This document shows, piece after piece, positions 33,579 to 44,456 of a stretch of DNA of 64,000 bases; the first letter of the stretch is position 1; each line of letters starts with the position of its first letter. This DNA is from an uncultured Planctomycetota bacterium (lineage in GTDB: Bacteria > Planctomycetota > Planctomycetia > Isosphaerales > Isosphaeraceae). Where the stretch lies: assembly GCA_963823665.1 (NCBI GenBank), contig CAWGMQ010000011.1, positions 640,001-704,000 of the forward strand, written 5' to 3'. A model generated the notes under the pieces. That model worked only from the letters and a program-made list of their open reading frames with translations, ran no database searches and had not been told where the DNA came from. The translations under genes were made by a program, and so were the position numbers.

Positions 33579-34550
33579 TTATTCCTCGACACGGGGTTTT
33601 CGTTCCGGCAGCTTCAACCCCATCTCTTTCATGAGCATCTGGAGATCTTCCCACACCTCTCGCTTTGCGTCGGGTTTTCGAAGCAGATAAGACGGGTGAT
33701 ATGTCACGATCGTGGGGATACCCTTGTAGTAGTACCATTTGCCGCGGGCCCGGCCCATCGATGAGTCGCTCTTCAAGAGCCCTTGAAGCGCCACTTTGCC
33801 GAGCAGACAGATAAACTCGGGCCGGATGATGGCGATCTGTTGTTCCAGGTATCCGATGCAATTGTCGCTTTCTTCCAGCGTGGGCGTGCGGTTTTCGGGC
33901 GGGCGACACTTGAGGACGTTGGCGATGAAGACGTCGTCGCGGGAGAGGCCCATGCCTTTGGTGATCATGTCGGTCAAGAGCTGGCCGGCACGCCCGACGA
34001 ACGGCTTGCCCTGACGATCCTCGTCGGCGCCCGGCGCCTCGCCGATGAACATCAGCCGCGTCTGGGCCGGGCCGGTGCCGAAGACCGTCTGTGTCCGGGT
34101 CTCCGCCAGGTACGCGCACTTGCGGCATCCCGCCACGACCGATGCCAGCGAAGCGAGCAAGGCCGGTCGGTCGGCAGGCGGGACGGGCGGAGTGTCGAAC
34201 CCCGGCTCCTTGAAGAGCGGGCCCAGCAGCGAGCTCGGGGGCGCGGCGGCTGGAAGCTGAGCCTCGCGAACCGGGCGAGCCGGGGCCACCGAGCTGTGCT
34301 CGGGAACGGCCGGAAGAACTGGTTCCCGAGAGGCGGGCGGCGGTGGCGGATCGGTGCGCTCGGCTCCGCGACCTTCCGCCGTGGCTGTTCTCGCGGCTCG
34401 GCGTTCGTCGCTTCCCGCAGCCGTGTCGGGCCTGCGAACCGGGCTTAATGGCTCTGTTCTGCCTGGAATGCGATCGATCCCAGCGCGAGCAAGCGATTCC
34501 AGTTCGAGGCGCACGGCTCGCGCCAGAGCTGCGCCGTTCCCGATCGTCAC
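33579..34550 (-). CDS. Family-4 uracil-DNA glycosylase
   Basis: 'CRKC', 'IGEAPGADED..G.PFVGRAG', 'NVLKCRPP.NR', 'TYHPSYLLR'. Confidence 0.92.
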   Translation of the reverse strand: MTIGNGAALARAVRLELESLARAGIDRIPGRTEPLSPVRRPDTAAGSDERRAARTATAEGRGAERTDPPPPPASREPVLPAVPEHSSVAPARPVREAQLPAAAPPSSLLGPLFKEPGFDTPPVPPADRPALLASLASVVAGCRKCAYLAETRTQTVFGTGPAQTRLMFIGEAPGADEDRQGKPFVGRAGQLLTDMITKGMGLSRDDVFIANVLKCRPPENRTPTLEESDNCIGYLEQQIAIIRPEFICLLGKVALQGLLKSDSSMGRARGKWYYYKGIPTIVTYHPSYLLRKPDAKREVWEDLQMLMKEMGLKLPERKPRVEE

Positions 34551-34641
34551 CGTGTGCGGGGTCAGTCAAAGTCGCGGTCTTGGGTCGGAGGAGCAGGCCG
34601 AATGAGCCGGTGGAAACACCCAGGGAGACAAGCCGGCTCGT

Positions 34642-36030
34642 TCAGGGCTGGGGAACTTTGCGCGACGCCTTGGTGGGAGTTGGATTGTATTCCCGACTCA
34701 TCCACTCGCGCCAGGCAGGGATGTTATAATCAAAATCCTGACCGGTCAGCTTTTGCAGCGCCGCGAGAACCTCCGTGTTCCGATAAGTGAAGGTGACCAC
34801 TCGCGGCTCGGGCTGGGTGTTGATCGGGGCACCAACATTAAACACCTGGCCAGGAATTGCGTACGCCGGTGTCGATACGGTGCCAAAGGCGACGACCCCC
34901 GGCGCGACGGCCGGCGGCGTCATGAACGCAGCGCCGCCGTTGTTCACACCGATCGGGACCAGTGGCGTGCCCCCGATGCCGGGGGCGTTATTGTTGTTTG
35001 GAGGGACCATGACGATCCGCTGCTCGTAGCTCAGAAGCGATCGAATCAGTGCGGGAACGGCTTCCTCGGCACCCAGGTTGTTCAGGGTCCAGGCGGCGCG
35101 ATTGACGACCATGATTTGGTCGGACCCCAGTGCCCGGACAAGCGACCGTACGACGGTCGAGTGATCGCGCTCCTTGAGTTTTTCGTAGATGATCGCACGC
35201 AGGGTCGGGATCGGTTCAGCCAGGATCTGCTTGACCAGTCCGAGGGTCGCCGCCTCTTCGGGAATGACCGAGAGCACCTGGGAAAGGAGTATTCGCATTG
35301 GCTCTTCGTCGTTACCGAGCACGTAAAGAAGCGCCGCGACCGCCTCAGCCTGGCGGATTGCCATCAACTGCGATTCGGCTTCCCGCCTGCGGTCGGTCGA
35401 GCTGCTCACGATGGACTGTCGGAGCATCTTGATTCGTTGCACCCACTCGTGCTTCGTGGCGAGCAGCTTGTCGTCGGCCTCGCGCTGGCTGCGCTCTTCG
35501 GCCGAGACCCAGCGGCCCTTGTACTTGACTAGGCCCTGGATTGCATTCAATTCGTCACGAGTAACCCAATAGCCGCCGTGATAAAAATGCCCGAGCTTCT
35601 TGTGGGCGGGCCCGAACGACTTGTCAATCGCGAGCGCCGCCTCGAAATGGAGCTTCGCCAGATCGGCGAGCTTGTTCTGCTCACACCAAATGCCCAGATC
35701 AAACTGACCCTGCGCGGTCTCTGCAGCCTTCTTTTTTTTGTCGAAGTACGAGTCGAGCGCTGTGGGTTTGGTAACGACCTCGAGGATTTGCACCTTCTTC
35801 ATCGAAAGTGGTTTGCGGCCCTTGAGCAGCCAAACCTGCACTTTATCCTTGTCCTTCGGGTCCGGCACCACCTTGCCCTCGACCTGCCCGCCGCCCCTGA
35901 GCGTGATTGTGTCTGCATGGAGCACACGCGGGATAAGACCCACGGCGATTGCCGAGGCCACCCCGATCACGAACGATCCGCAGACCAGGAAGCTCACAAT
36001 GCACCGCGAGGCCCTGCAGGCTGCGAGCAT
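34642..36030 (-). CDS. Exported HEAT-repeat protein
   Basis: Signal peptide; 'AAWTL..LG..EAVPALI'; 'ALQKLTGQDF.Y...W..W'. Confidence 0.75.
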   Translation of the reverse strand: MLAACRASRCIVSFLVCGSFVIGVASAIAVGLIPRVLHADTITLRGGGQVEGKVVPDPKDKDKVQVWLLKGRKPLSMKKVQILEVVTKPTALDSYFDKKKKAAETAQGQFDLGIWCEQNKLADLAKLHFEAALAIDKSFGPAHKKLGHFYHGGYWVTRDELNAIQGLVKYKGRWVSAEERSQREADDKLLATKHEWVQRIKMLRQSIVSSSTDRRREAESQLMAIRQAEAVAALLYVLGNDEEPMRILLSQVLSVIPEEAATLGLVKQILAEPIPTLRAIIYEKLKERDHSTVVRSLVRALGSDQIMVVNRAAWTLNNLGAEEAVPALIRSLLSYEQRIVMVPPNNNNAPGIGGTPLVPIGVNNGGAAFMTPPAVAPGVVAFGTVSTPAYAIPGQVFNVGAPINTQPEPRVVTFTYRNTEVLAALQKLTGQDFDYNIPAWREWMSREYNPTPTKASRKVPQP

Positions 36031-36255
36031 GATACTTCTCCCAGGCCGCTTGCGCAGCCGGCATCAGGCAAGATGATTCGATTCGAGAAGTAGACGATTC
36101 TGCGACGCATCATCTTCGGCTGGATCAATACGACAACGCCTGTATTCTAAATGATCGGCGCTTCCGGCGACAATCGACTCGCCCATTTCTCTGCAAAATG
36201 TAAGACTGGGCAAAATGGATCGTCCTTGCGATTGAGGGTTTCGGGAGCAAGAACT

Positions 36256-36768
36256 GTGGGGCAATCTGTACTGGAGCATCGCGCGGCCGGCAGCGGTTCG
36301 TTGAATCTCGCTGTCTTGACCGTTTCTGATACGCGCACCCTGGAAACTGATGCCTCCGGAGCGTTGATCGCCGCTCTGGCCACGGAAGCTGGCCATCGCG
36401 TGGTCAGCCGGGAGATCGTGCGCGATGAGCCGGTGCAGATGACAGCGCAATTCCTCAATTTGCATGGCCGCGATGATCTCCACGCTGTGTTGGTCACGGG
36501 TGGGACGGGAATCAGCCCGCGAGATCAGACATTTGAAACCGTTTCGGCGCTGTTGACGAAGCCGCTGCCGGGCTACGGCGAACTATTCCGGATGCTGAGC
36601 TTCGCGGAAATCGGTCCGGCGTGCCTTCTCAGCCGGGCTCTGGGCGGTCTGATGGACAAACTTGTGATCCTGGTGATGCCTGGCTCGCGTGCGGCGGTGG
36701 AGTTGGCGATGCGGAAGATCATTCTTCCCGAGCTTCCTCACATCGTTCACGAGGCCCGCAAGGCGTGA
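36256..36768 (+). CDS. moaB: Molybdenum cofactor biosynthesis protein, MoaB/MogA family
   Basis: 'VLTVSDTR...D.SG', 'TGGTGISPRD.T', 'PGYGELFR', 'MPGS'. Confidence 0.88.
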   Translation: MGQSVLEHRAAGSGSLNLAVLTVSDTRTLETDASGALIAALATEAGHRVVSREIVRDEPVQMTAQFLNLHGRDDLHAVLVTGGTGISPRDQTFETVSALLTKPLPGYGELFRMLSFAEIGPACLLSRALGGLMDKLVILVMPGSRAAVELAMRKIILPELPHIVHEARKA

Positions 36769-36910
36769 CATGCGCATTCTTGCGCAAACGTGGCGAGAAT
36801 GGTGCGATCGCGCGCTCGAAAGTACGCAGTCGGGCCGGAACCGGAACCATGGCGACGGCGATCTTCCGCGGCATGCCGGCTCCGCGCGGCCTCGACACCG
36901 GTCGACCGCC

Positions 36911-37858
36911 TTATTCCTTCTTCTTGAACAGGTCAAGAAAGCGGTCCTCGTACTCACGGTAGACTTCAAGGCGATCCAGTTCTCGCTTCAGCTCGTAGGC
37001 GCTCGAGCGATCCAGGATGGCTTGCTCGAACAGTCGCTCGATTCGTTCGCGATCCTCGCTGCTGGGCTCATCTCCCTCGGCAGCTTCCCGCCGGATTGCC
37101 TCGCTCGTCTCGTCTCTTTCTTCCTCGGCTTGCCCGCCCTGCCGCATGGCTTGCTGCATCTGTGAGAGCAGCTCGCCGAGCTTCTCGTTCATCTCGTTCG
37201 CTTGGGTCGCAAGCTCGGTCAGGTCGATATCGATCTGCGCGATAGCTCTGAACACAGTCAGCACAGCCAGCGACGCTTTGGGGTACGGGAGCTGGGCGAA
37301 GATGTGGGGCATCTCACCCAGCAGACATCCGCCCCGCAGCCCGTGCTCGGCCGCGACGCCCAGCAGGATTCCGTTGAGACCTCCGATGTTGCCGTCGTCC
37401 AGAACGTGGAGATCCACCTGCTTGAATTCGTTCAAGGTTTCGACGTCCGTGGCGGCGGCGAAGACCCGCGAATCCGCTTCATGCTCCATCTCGGTGGCCA
37501 TCGCTGCAAATGTATAAACCCGCGCGACGCCGATCTTTTTCGCAAACTCGATCAGCCTGTGGCAGAACGCGTAGCGACCCTTCGAGGGCTGCGCGTCACC
37601 GATGAACAGCACCACATCCCGCCGGCCCTTGGGGTCGGTCCAGACAAAGAACCGGCTCCGCGGCAGGCGTCCGGTGCTGATCAATCCATCCTTCACCTCG
37701 ACGTGCTCGACATCGAACAACTCGTGCGCCGGAAATTCCGTCAAGATGTGCATCTCGAGCTTCGTCATGAGGTAGTAGCCCGCGCTGATCGCGACATGTC
37801 CCATGCCGGGCCAGACCGCGACCATCCAGGGTTGGTTCAGTTTGAGTTCGGCCGCCAT
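36911..37858 (-). CDS. PAC2 (proteasome assembly chaperone) family protein
   Basis: 'WPGMGHVA', 'GDAQP', 'IGGLNGILLG', 'CLLGE...PKAS'. Confidence 0.85.
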   Translation of the reverse strand: MAAELKLNQPWMVAVWPGMGHVAISAGYYLMTKLEMHILTEFPAHELFDVEHVEVKDGLISTGRLPRSRFFVWTDPKGRRDVVLFIGDAQPSKGRYAFCHRLIEFAKKIGVARVYTFAAMATEMEHEADSRVFAAATDVETLNEFKQVDLHVLDDGNIGGLNGILLGVAAEHGLRGGCLLGEMPHIFAQLPYPKASLAVLTVFRAIAQIDIDLTELATQANEMNEKLGELLSQMQQAMRQGGQAEEERDETSEAIRREAAEGDEPSSEDRERIERLFEQAILDRSSAYELKRELDRLEVYREYEDRFLDLFKKKE

Positions 37859-37975
37859 CTGTCTGTCTCCCGTTCTTGAATGATTGCTTCCCAGGCGATC
37901 ATGTCAACCGCGGCTGTTGCCCGCAAGATGGAGCACGGGCACTTGAGCGCGGGACATGCGATCCGATCGACCAGG

Positions 37976-39445
37976 TCACGACCTGACACGGCCCCTCGCC
38001 CACGTGTAAAGCGCAATCGCGGCGGCGGTCGCGGCGTTGAGAGATTCGACACCGGGAGCGATCGGGATCCGCCGGCGCTTCAGTCGCCGCAATGCCTCAG
38101 GTAGCCCCGGACCCTCCGCGCCGGCGATCAGCCCAAACCGCTCGGGGAACGGCTCGCGTTCGAGCTCATCGCCGGTGAGGTCAAGGACGATGAGCGGCGC
38201 TCCCTCGACCCGGAGCTCCGCCAGCGCCGGCCCGGCTTCGAGCGTGACCTGAAAAATCGCGGGCCCTGCCGCCCGGCTCGCCCGTGGTAGGAAAGGGTGA
38301 GCTGCCTCACGGAGTAGAACCACTCGCGCGGCTCCAAAAGCCGCTGCCGAACGAATCACTGCTCCGACATTCTCCGGATCTTGAAACGGCACAAAAACGG
38401 TGCAGCCGGCTGGCCATGCCTCGTCGTCCGACCAGCGCGCGATCGTTGGCACTCTAACAAGGAGAAGTGCGTCATCGGTGCCAACCACGTCAATTTGTTT
38501 GAAGAGCGAACCGCCAAACCGGAGCCAGTCGATTGAATCATCCGGCGGGGGTGGTCCTTCGGGGCCGGTCAACCAGCCCAGCACCCGGTCTCGGAACCTG
38601 GCCAGCACCTCGGACCGGATCCGCGCTCCACTCAAGATTGCCTCACCGCGCTTGCGGATGCCCCGGCCGCCGAGAATCTCGCGACAATGCTGGAAAGTGG
38701 GGTTGGACGCGCTCTGGATTTCCCGTACGCGACCCGTGAACCCGCCCGGCGCCGCGCGAGCCGCCCGCTTCGGCTCTGGCAAGTCAGGTCCGTTCCCCTG
38801 CTCTCTTTCCGTACGCTCAAAGACCACCAACCGCCGGTCGTGGGTTGTGCCCGGTATTGTGTAAGCGTGGTTCGCCGCCAAGCGGAAGAATTCACCGTGC
38901 GAGCTCACCGCCTCGGCAACTTCCGGATCGCATCGCGGTCCCTTCATGAAAATCACCTTGCCGCCACCCGTCAGCCAACCGCCGACGCGATCGAGCGTCT
39001 CGGGTATCGGACCGACCGCACGGCTGATCACGCCGCCGGCAGTCTCGGGAAAATCAGGGCCAAGCTTGCGGCTGTACACTTCGATGCCAGGAAGGCCCAG
39101 TCGCTCGCAAACGTCACGCAGAAAGGCGACGCGTGCACCGCGTGGCTCCGCCAGGATCATCCGAACGCCAGGCCGGGCGATCTTCAGCGGAATCCCAGGC
39201 AAACCCGGCCCCGAGCCCATATCGATCAGCGGTTCCGGCAAGTCAACATAGCGCAGCACCAGCAGGCTATCGACGTAATGCTTCAGCACCATGTTCTCGA
39301 AATTGTGGATCCTCGTCAGATTTAACTCGGCGTTGGCCTGGCGAAGCATTCGGTGATATCGCCACAAACGCTCAACCCCAGCGGCGTCCAGCACGATGCC
39401 GCACCGCTTCAATATGCTCTCGAGCGCGTCCGGTCCGGGGGTCAC
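37976..39445 (-). CDS. rsmG: RsmG (16S rRNA m7G methyltransferase) fused to a TrmH/SpoU methyltransferase
   Basis: 'NLTRI..KHYVDS', 'DMGSGPGLPGIPL', 'SRA'; then 'QDPENVGAVIRSAAAFG', 'GAEGPGL', 'VESLNAATA'; start approximate. Confidence 0.88.
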   Translation of the reverse strand: MTPGPDALESILKRCGIVLDAAGVERLWRYHRMLRQANAELNLTRIHNFENMVLKHYVDSLLVLRYVDLPEPLIDMGSGPGLPGIPLKIARPGVRMILAEPRGARVAFLRDVCERLGLPGIEVYSRKLGPDFPETAGGVISRAVGPIPETLDRVGGWLTGGGKVIFMKGPRCDPEVAEAVSSHGEFFRLAANHAYTIPGTTHDRRLVVFERTEREQGNGPDLPEPKRAARAAPGGFTGRVREIQSASNPTFQHCREILGGRGIRKRGEAILSGARIRSEVLARFRDRVLGWLTGPEGPPPPDDSIDWLRFGGSLFKQIDVVGTDDALLLVRVPTIARWSDDEAWPAGCTVFVPFQDPENVGAVIRSAAAFGAARVVLLREAAHPFLPRASRAAGPAIFQVTLEAGPALAELRVEGAPLIVLDLTGDELEREPFPERFGLIAGAEGPGLPEALRRLKRRRIPIAPGVESLNAATAAAIALYTWARGRVRS

Positions 39446-39860
39446 GACGATATGCCTCGCCTTGGTTCGTGATGGCGCCCGACGAAAGCCACCCACATGC
39501 CCGCGACTCGCGGGACTCGAATTGAACCACTGCACCACATGAATCCTTCCCCGGTCTCGATCCGAAGCCGGAAACGGAAGCGTGACAACCATTTTAACCG
39601 ACAAGGAAAATCACTCCTACCCGCTGGCGTACGGCAATGACTGTGGTATGATCTACCCAACCAGAACCTTTCCAACGCGAACAGACACGAACGCGATCCT
39701 GCGTGGGTGGTCCTAAAGACCACGTGGCGAATGGCATCAGGCACCATGCGGTCGACCCCGCATCGGCCGTATCGGAATGCTCTGCGATCGCGCATGGCCG
39801 CGCATTCGAATAAGATCAGCGCTTCGGACGGCCCATGTGGTTCCGCACGAGGGCAACACC

Positions 39861-41639
39861 ATGAAACGACGCCATCGGACCGGATCGATTGCGGGGTGCT
39901 TCGTGGGAAGTGACCGAAGATCGGCCACGAGCGGCAGGCGACGGAATCGGCCCTGCCTTGACGGTCTCGAGCCGCGCTGCTTGCTCTCCGCGGTCAGTGA
40001 GTTTCGCGTCCCTAGCGGTACCGGCGCCTCTCCTGACGGGATGACTGCGGGTCCAGGAGATAGCATCTGGTTCACGGAGTTTGGCGCCGACAAGATAGGG
40101 ACGATCAACTCCGTAAGCCACGCGATTTCGGAATTCCCGATTCCCACTCCGAATGCCGAGCCTTTCCGGATTGCTCTTGGTCCCGACGGCAACTTGTGGT
40201 TCACCGAATTCAACGTCGGCCAGATCGGCATGATCAACCCGATCACCGACAAGATCACCGAGTATTCCCTTCCAAACGTGAACGCAATGCCGTTCGGAAT
40301 CGCAGCCGGTCCGGATGACACGGTCTGGTTCACCGAATGGTCCGGGAACCAGATCGGGTCGATCGACACCCAGTCCGGCAAAATTACCGAATACCCCATC
40401 CCGACCATGAACTCGGTCCCGGAGGGGATCACACTCGGCTCCGATGGCAACATCTGGTTCACGGAGAGCCAGGGCAACCAGATCGCGAGTTTCGATACGA
40501 CCAGTCACACGTTTGCGGAACACCCGCTGCCAACGGCCGCGGCGCAACCATACGGGATCACGACGGGCCCCGACGGCAACCTTTATTTCACCGAGTACTC
40601 CGGCAACCAGATCGGCGTTTATAGCGTGCATGATTCTGCTTTCTTGAATCCCATCATGATCCCCACGTCGAACACCGAGCCGACGGAGATCACATCTGAC
40701 GCTGTGGGCAACCTCTGGTTCACACAGAGCAAGACGAATCAGGTGGCGATGCTCGACCCCTCGACCGGGGCAATCACCGAATATGCCACGCCGGCCGCAG
40801 TGTCCGGTCCGCGTGGGATCGCCGCCGCGAGCGACGGATCGATCTGGTTCGCCGAGCTGAATTCCGGAAGAGTCGCCACGATTGCTCCCAGCCTGCAGAT
40901 CGTCGTGACCAGCTCTCCTCCGCTCGACATGAAGCTTGGCGATACCTTCGGCTTGACCGTCGCCGTCGAGTTTCTCTCGGGGGGCGGCGTTGATACCGGT
41001 TATGACGGCAGCGTCGACCTGGTGCTCCCCGGTGCACCAAGCACCGGCACACTCGTTGGAACGACCACCGTCACGGCCTCCAATGGCATCGCCTCGTTCA
41101 GTGGCCTTTCCTTCGCGCATCAAGGTAATTTCCAGATCCAGGTCGAGAGTGCAGGCGCCACACAGGCCACCATCGGTACGATCGATGTCACCGGTCCGAC
41201 AGGCTCGTCTCCCATCCACCCGCGTGCCGCGGCCCCCGCTGCGCCTGTCGTGCTCGGCGAGCAACTCGTGTTCGCCGGCAAGGGAAAGCAACGTTATGTC
41301 GCCGGCGTTGTGCTCACATTCAGCTCCGCACTTGACCCGGCGACGGCCGGCAATTCCTCCAATTACAGCGTGGTTCAGGCAAGCATGGCCGGCGGCCGGG
41401 CGAAGGCGATCAAACCCGTGCGGCTGCACGTCGCTTACAAGGCCGCGGCGCACGTCGTGAAGCTGACCTTCTCCGGCAAGCCGCGTTTCACGGCTGGCGG
41501 CCAGCTCGTGCTGATCGCCGCCGGGCCGACCGGCATCGCCAGCTCCTCCGGTGTGCCCCTGGATGGCAACACGGGAAACCAGCCCGGCGCGGATGCCGTC
41601 TACACAATTCTGCCAGGAGCTCAGGGGATCAGCGGTTGA
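39861..41639 (+). CDS. Vgb-lyase-like beta-propeller extracellular protein
   Basis: Planctomycete 'LEPRCLLS' motif; about 7 'P.GI..GPDGN.WFTE' repeats. Confidence 0.88.
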   Translation: MKRRHRTGSIAGCFVGSDRRSATSGRRRNRPCLDGLEPRCLLSAVSEFRVPSGTGASPDGMTAGPGDSIWFTEFGADKIGTINSVSHAISEFPIPTPNAEPFRIALGPDGNLWFTEFNVGQIGMINPITDKITEYSLPNVNAMPFGIAAGPDDTVWFTEWSGNQIGSIDTQSGKITEYPIPTMNSVPEGITLGSDGNIWFTESQGNQIASFDTTSHTFAEHPLPTAAAQPYGITTGPDGNLYFTEYSGNQIGVYSVHDSAFLNPIMIPTSNTEPTEITSDAVGNLWFTQSKTNQVAMLDPSTGAITEYATPAAVSGPRGIAAASDGSIWFAELNSGRVATIAPSLQIVVTSSPPLDMKLGDTFGLTVAVEFLSGGGVDTGYDGSVDLVLPGAPSTGTLVGTTTVTASNGIASFSGLSFAHQGNFQIQVESAGATQATIGTIDVTGPTGSSPIHPRAAAPAAPVVLGEQLVFAGKGKQRYVAGVVLTFSSALDPATAGNSSNYSVVQASMAGGRAKAIKPVRLHVAYKAAAHVVKLTFSGKPRFTAGGQLVLIAAGPTGIASSSGVPLDGNTGNQPGADAVYTILPGAQGISG

Positions 41640-41649
41640 ATACGTTTGT

Positions 41650-42465
41650 TTAACTGCTCGCGCTCCGATAAGAACGAAGTGCATACTGAAAGAAGCGTCG
41701 GCTCAGCCAGAGCAACACGGCGGCCGCCGTGACCGTGACGCCCACGGCCCGACCGTCCAGCATCCGCACCATCGCGTTCGCCGGCACGTTGACGACCACC
41801 AGGATCGGCATGCAGTACGTGAAAAACGTCCCCAGGTCGGCCCAGCGCCCGGCAAATATCTCGCGCGGGTACCGCGCCACGCTGGAAAACAGCCACCACA
41901 TCTCCATCAAGCTCTGATTCCTGACCATCCATACCGAAACCGAAGTCAAGAACAACATGAAACTGTAGGCGATCGCCGTGCCACACGCGACCGTGAGCAG
42001 AAAGGTCAGCACGCGCAAGAGATCGAACGGCCAGCCCATCTGATAGAGCGCAATCCCCATCACGGCGCCCCCCATCAAGACGTTGGGTGCGGTTCCCCAA
42101 TCAATGCGGCGACATGTGATCAAAAACTGCTCATCGATCGGTTTGACCAGCAACCCGTCGAGATCGCCGGTTCGCACCAGCTCGGCGAACTCGTTGCAGT
42201 TATCCAGGAAAAACATCTCGATGATGCCGTTTATCGCAAAGAAACACCCGACGAAAAAGAAGTATTGCGGTTCGGTCCAGCCGGCAATCGTGTTCGTTCT
42301 CGCGAACACGGTCCGGTAGAATGCGACCATGATCGCCAGCCAGAGCACCTCGACCGACACCTTGACCAGGAAGTTCCCCCGAAACGCCATCTCGCGGTAA
42401 AGGGTGTACCGCCCCAGGCTCGCCAGCAGCCGCAGGTACCTTCCCAAAGGCAGCCAGATCCGCAC
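41650..42465 (-). CDS. ABC-2 family permease
   Basis: 'VRTGDLD.LL.KP.D.QF', 'RYP..IF', ends 'YRSASS'. Confidence 0.88.
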   Translation of the reverse strand: MRIWLPLGRYLRLLASLGRYTLYREMAFRGNFLVKVSVEVLWLAIMVAFYRTVFARTNTIAGWTEPQYFFFVGCFFAINGIIEMFFLDNCNEFAELVRTGDLDGLLVKPIDEQFLITCRRIDWGTAPNVLMGGAVMGIALYQMGWPFDLLRVLTFLLTVACGTAIAYSFMLFLTSVSVWMVRNQSLMEMWWLFSSVARYPREIFAGRWADLGTFFTYCMPILVVVNVPANAMVRMLDGRAVGVTVTAAAVLLWLSRRFFQYALRSYRSASS

Positions 42466-42469
42466 TGCG

Positions 42470-43392
42470 CTAGCCTCCAAACGCGCTGTAACGTCGCAGG
42501 CCGAGCCGGTACAGAAACCGCGCCAGCAACATGAAGAAAACAATCCAGGCCAGCTCGCCGGCGAGGAAATAAACCAGGTCCATTCCTTTGACCTTCCCCA
42601 GGAACACGACGGCCGGGAAGTAGGCCATGTAGTGAAAAGGAAGCAACATGAGCAAGTTGTACCACCACTTCGGCAGCAGATCGAGCGGCAGCATGTGCCC
42701 CGATATAAAAAAGTTCAAAGTCATGACGATATACAGAAGGGATGTGACTTCGAGGAACCAGAATCCGACCATCCCCACGCACGCCTCGAAGAAAAAGCCG
42801 ACCAGAAACGACAGCACGAGCGATACGGCGAAGGCTACGAGCGTCGGCAGGTCGGGAAACCGCTCGAAAAAGCCGCTGCACAGGTAGAAAAGCAGGAAGT
42901 AAGGCAGGAATGACGCGATGATATACGTCACCTTGTGGGCGACCCGATAGACAAGCAGGTAGCCGATCAGGTCGATCGGCTGGAGCATGTAACGCTTCAT
43001 CGTCCCTTCGCGAATCTCCCTGGCTATCCCCCCTGCCAGTCCCGGCATGCTCGAGAACATCCGGCTGATATTGGTCAGCAGCAGATACGCGATCATCTCG
43101 TGTTCGCCAAAGCCGGCCAGCTCGGTTTCTCCCGATCCCTTGTAGATCGCCTGCCACAGCAGGATGGTGGTCACCATCGGCAGGAAGCGGAGCAGAGTTC
43201 CCAGCAGAAAGTCGCCGCGGTAGGTCATTCGCTCGGCGAACGATACCCGGAAAATCGCCCAGTACTTGACCGCCCGCTGCCGCCGCGAGCGCGGCGCTGG
43301 CGCGTCATCGAACGAGACGGCGGCCTTTTCGGCGCACGTCCGTTCGGCAAACCCTCGCCGAGCTCGACCGCGAGCGATTCAGGCTGCGTCAT
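42470..43392 (-). CDS. ABC-2 family permease (N-terminal frameshift near 43340)
   Basis: 'YRGDF', 'IREG...Y.LQP', 'SG..LPLDLLP', ends 'YSAFGG'. Confidence 0.85.
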
Positions 43393-44371
43393 GCGCGTTT
43401 CGCGCCTCCTCGAATACGCGGGAGATCACCTCTTCCAGCGGCGGCTCCTCCACGCTCACGTCCGCGACCGAATGCCGGTCGAGAATCGCGGCCAGCACAC
43501 GCGGCACCTCGCTGCGAGTCACCTTGATATCGGCCCACGGGCCTTCCCGCCGCACCAGCTCTCCAAAGACCTCCAGGCCCTCGGGCGCCGGCCCCTCAAA
43601 CTGAAGCTTGATCAGCTTCGTCGCGCTGAACTGCTCAACGATTCGAGCCAGCGGCCCATCGTACACGAGCGTGCCGTGCGTGATCACCAGCACCCGGTCG
43701 CACAGCGCCTCGACATCGCGCATGTAATGACTCGTAAGGAGGGTTGTCACTCCGCGCCGCTTGTGGTAGTCGCGCAGGCAGCGCTGAATCGTCCCCTGGG
43801 CCACCACATCCAGGCCGATCGTGGGCTCGTCGAGCAACAACAGACGCGGCCGGTGCAGTAGGGCCGCGATCAACTCCATCTTCATCCGCTCGCCTAGCGA
43901 AAGCTCACGCACCGCCTGCCGGGTGAGTTTCTCCACGCCCAGAAGCTCCGTCAGCTCTCCGAGCGTCGACTTGAACTGGTCCGGCGGAATCACGTAGATC
44001 TCGCGCAGCAGCTCGAAGCTGTCCGCCGCCGGCAGGTCCCACCAGAGCTGGTTCTTCTGGCCCATGACCAGCGCAAACTGCCGCCGGAACAGATCAGCCC
44101 GCTGCCACGGAACAAACCCGAGAACCTTCGCCTCGCCGCCGCTGGGATACACCAGCCCCGAGAGCATCTTGAGCGTCGTCGTCTTTCCCGCCCCGTTGGG
44201 ACCCAGGAACGCGACCATCTCGCCTGGCTCGATCGTGAAGCTGATCCCGTCGACAGCCCGCACCTCGCGATACTCGCGCCGAAAAAGCCCCGAGAGCGAG
44301 CCCCGGAAACCCGCTTTCTTCTGCGCCACCCGGTATGTCTTGGTGAGCCTCACCGCTTCAATCATCGCCAT
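43379..44371 (-). CDS. ABC transporter ATP-binding protein
   Basis: 'GPNGAGKTT', 'LSLGERMK', 'LLLDEPTIGLD'. Confidence 0.92.
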   Translation of the reverse strand: MAMIEAVRLTKTYRVAQKKAGFRGSLSGLFRREYREVRAVDGISFTIEPGEMVAFLGPNGAGKTTTLKMLSGLVYPSGGEAKVLGFVPWQRADLFRRQFALVMGQKNQLWWDLPAADSFELLREIYVIPPDQFKSTLGELTELLGVEKLTRQAVRELSLGERMKMELIAALLHRPRLLLLDEPTIGLDVVAQGTIQRCLRDYHKRRGVTTLLTSHYMRDVEALCDRVLVITHGTLVYDGPLARIVEQFSATKLIKLQFEGPAPEGLEVFGELVRREGPWADIKVTRSEVPRVLAAILDRHSVADVSVEEPPLEEVISRVFEEARNAHDAA

Positions 44372-44428
44372 CAGTATACATGCATCCTTATCTTCGCTGA
44401 TCCACCTGATTCGACAGTCCGCGATCAA

Positions 44429-44450
44429 GTAGGTCAGGCTTTAGCCTGAC
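44429..44450 (+). repeat. GTAG-type REP-like palindrome
   Basis: GTAG-GTCAGGCT-TT-AGCCTGAC; second copy at 55345. Confidence 0.7.
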
Positions 44451-44456
44451 ATTTCA

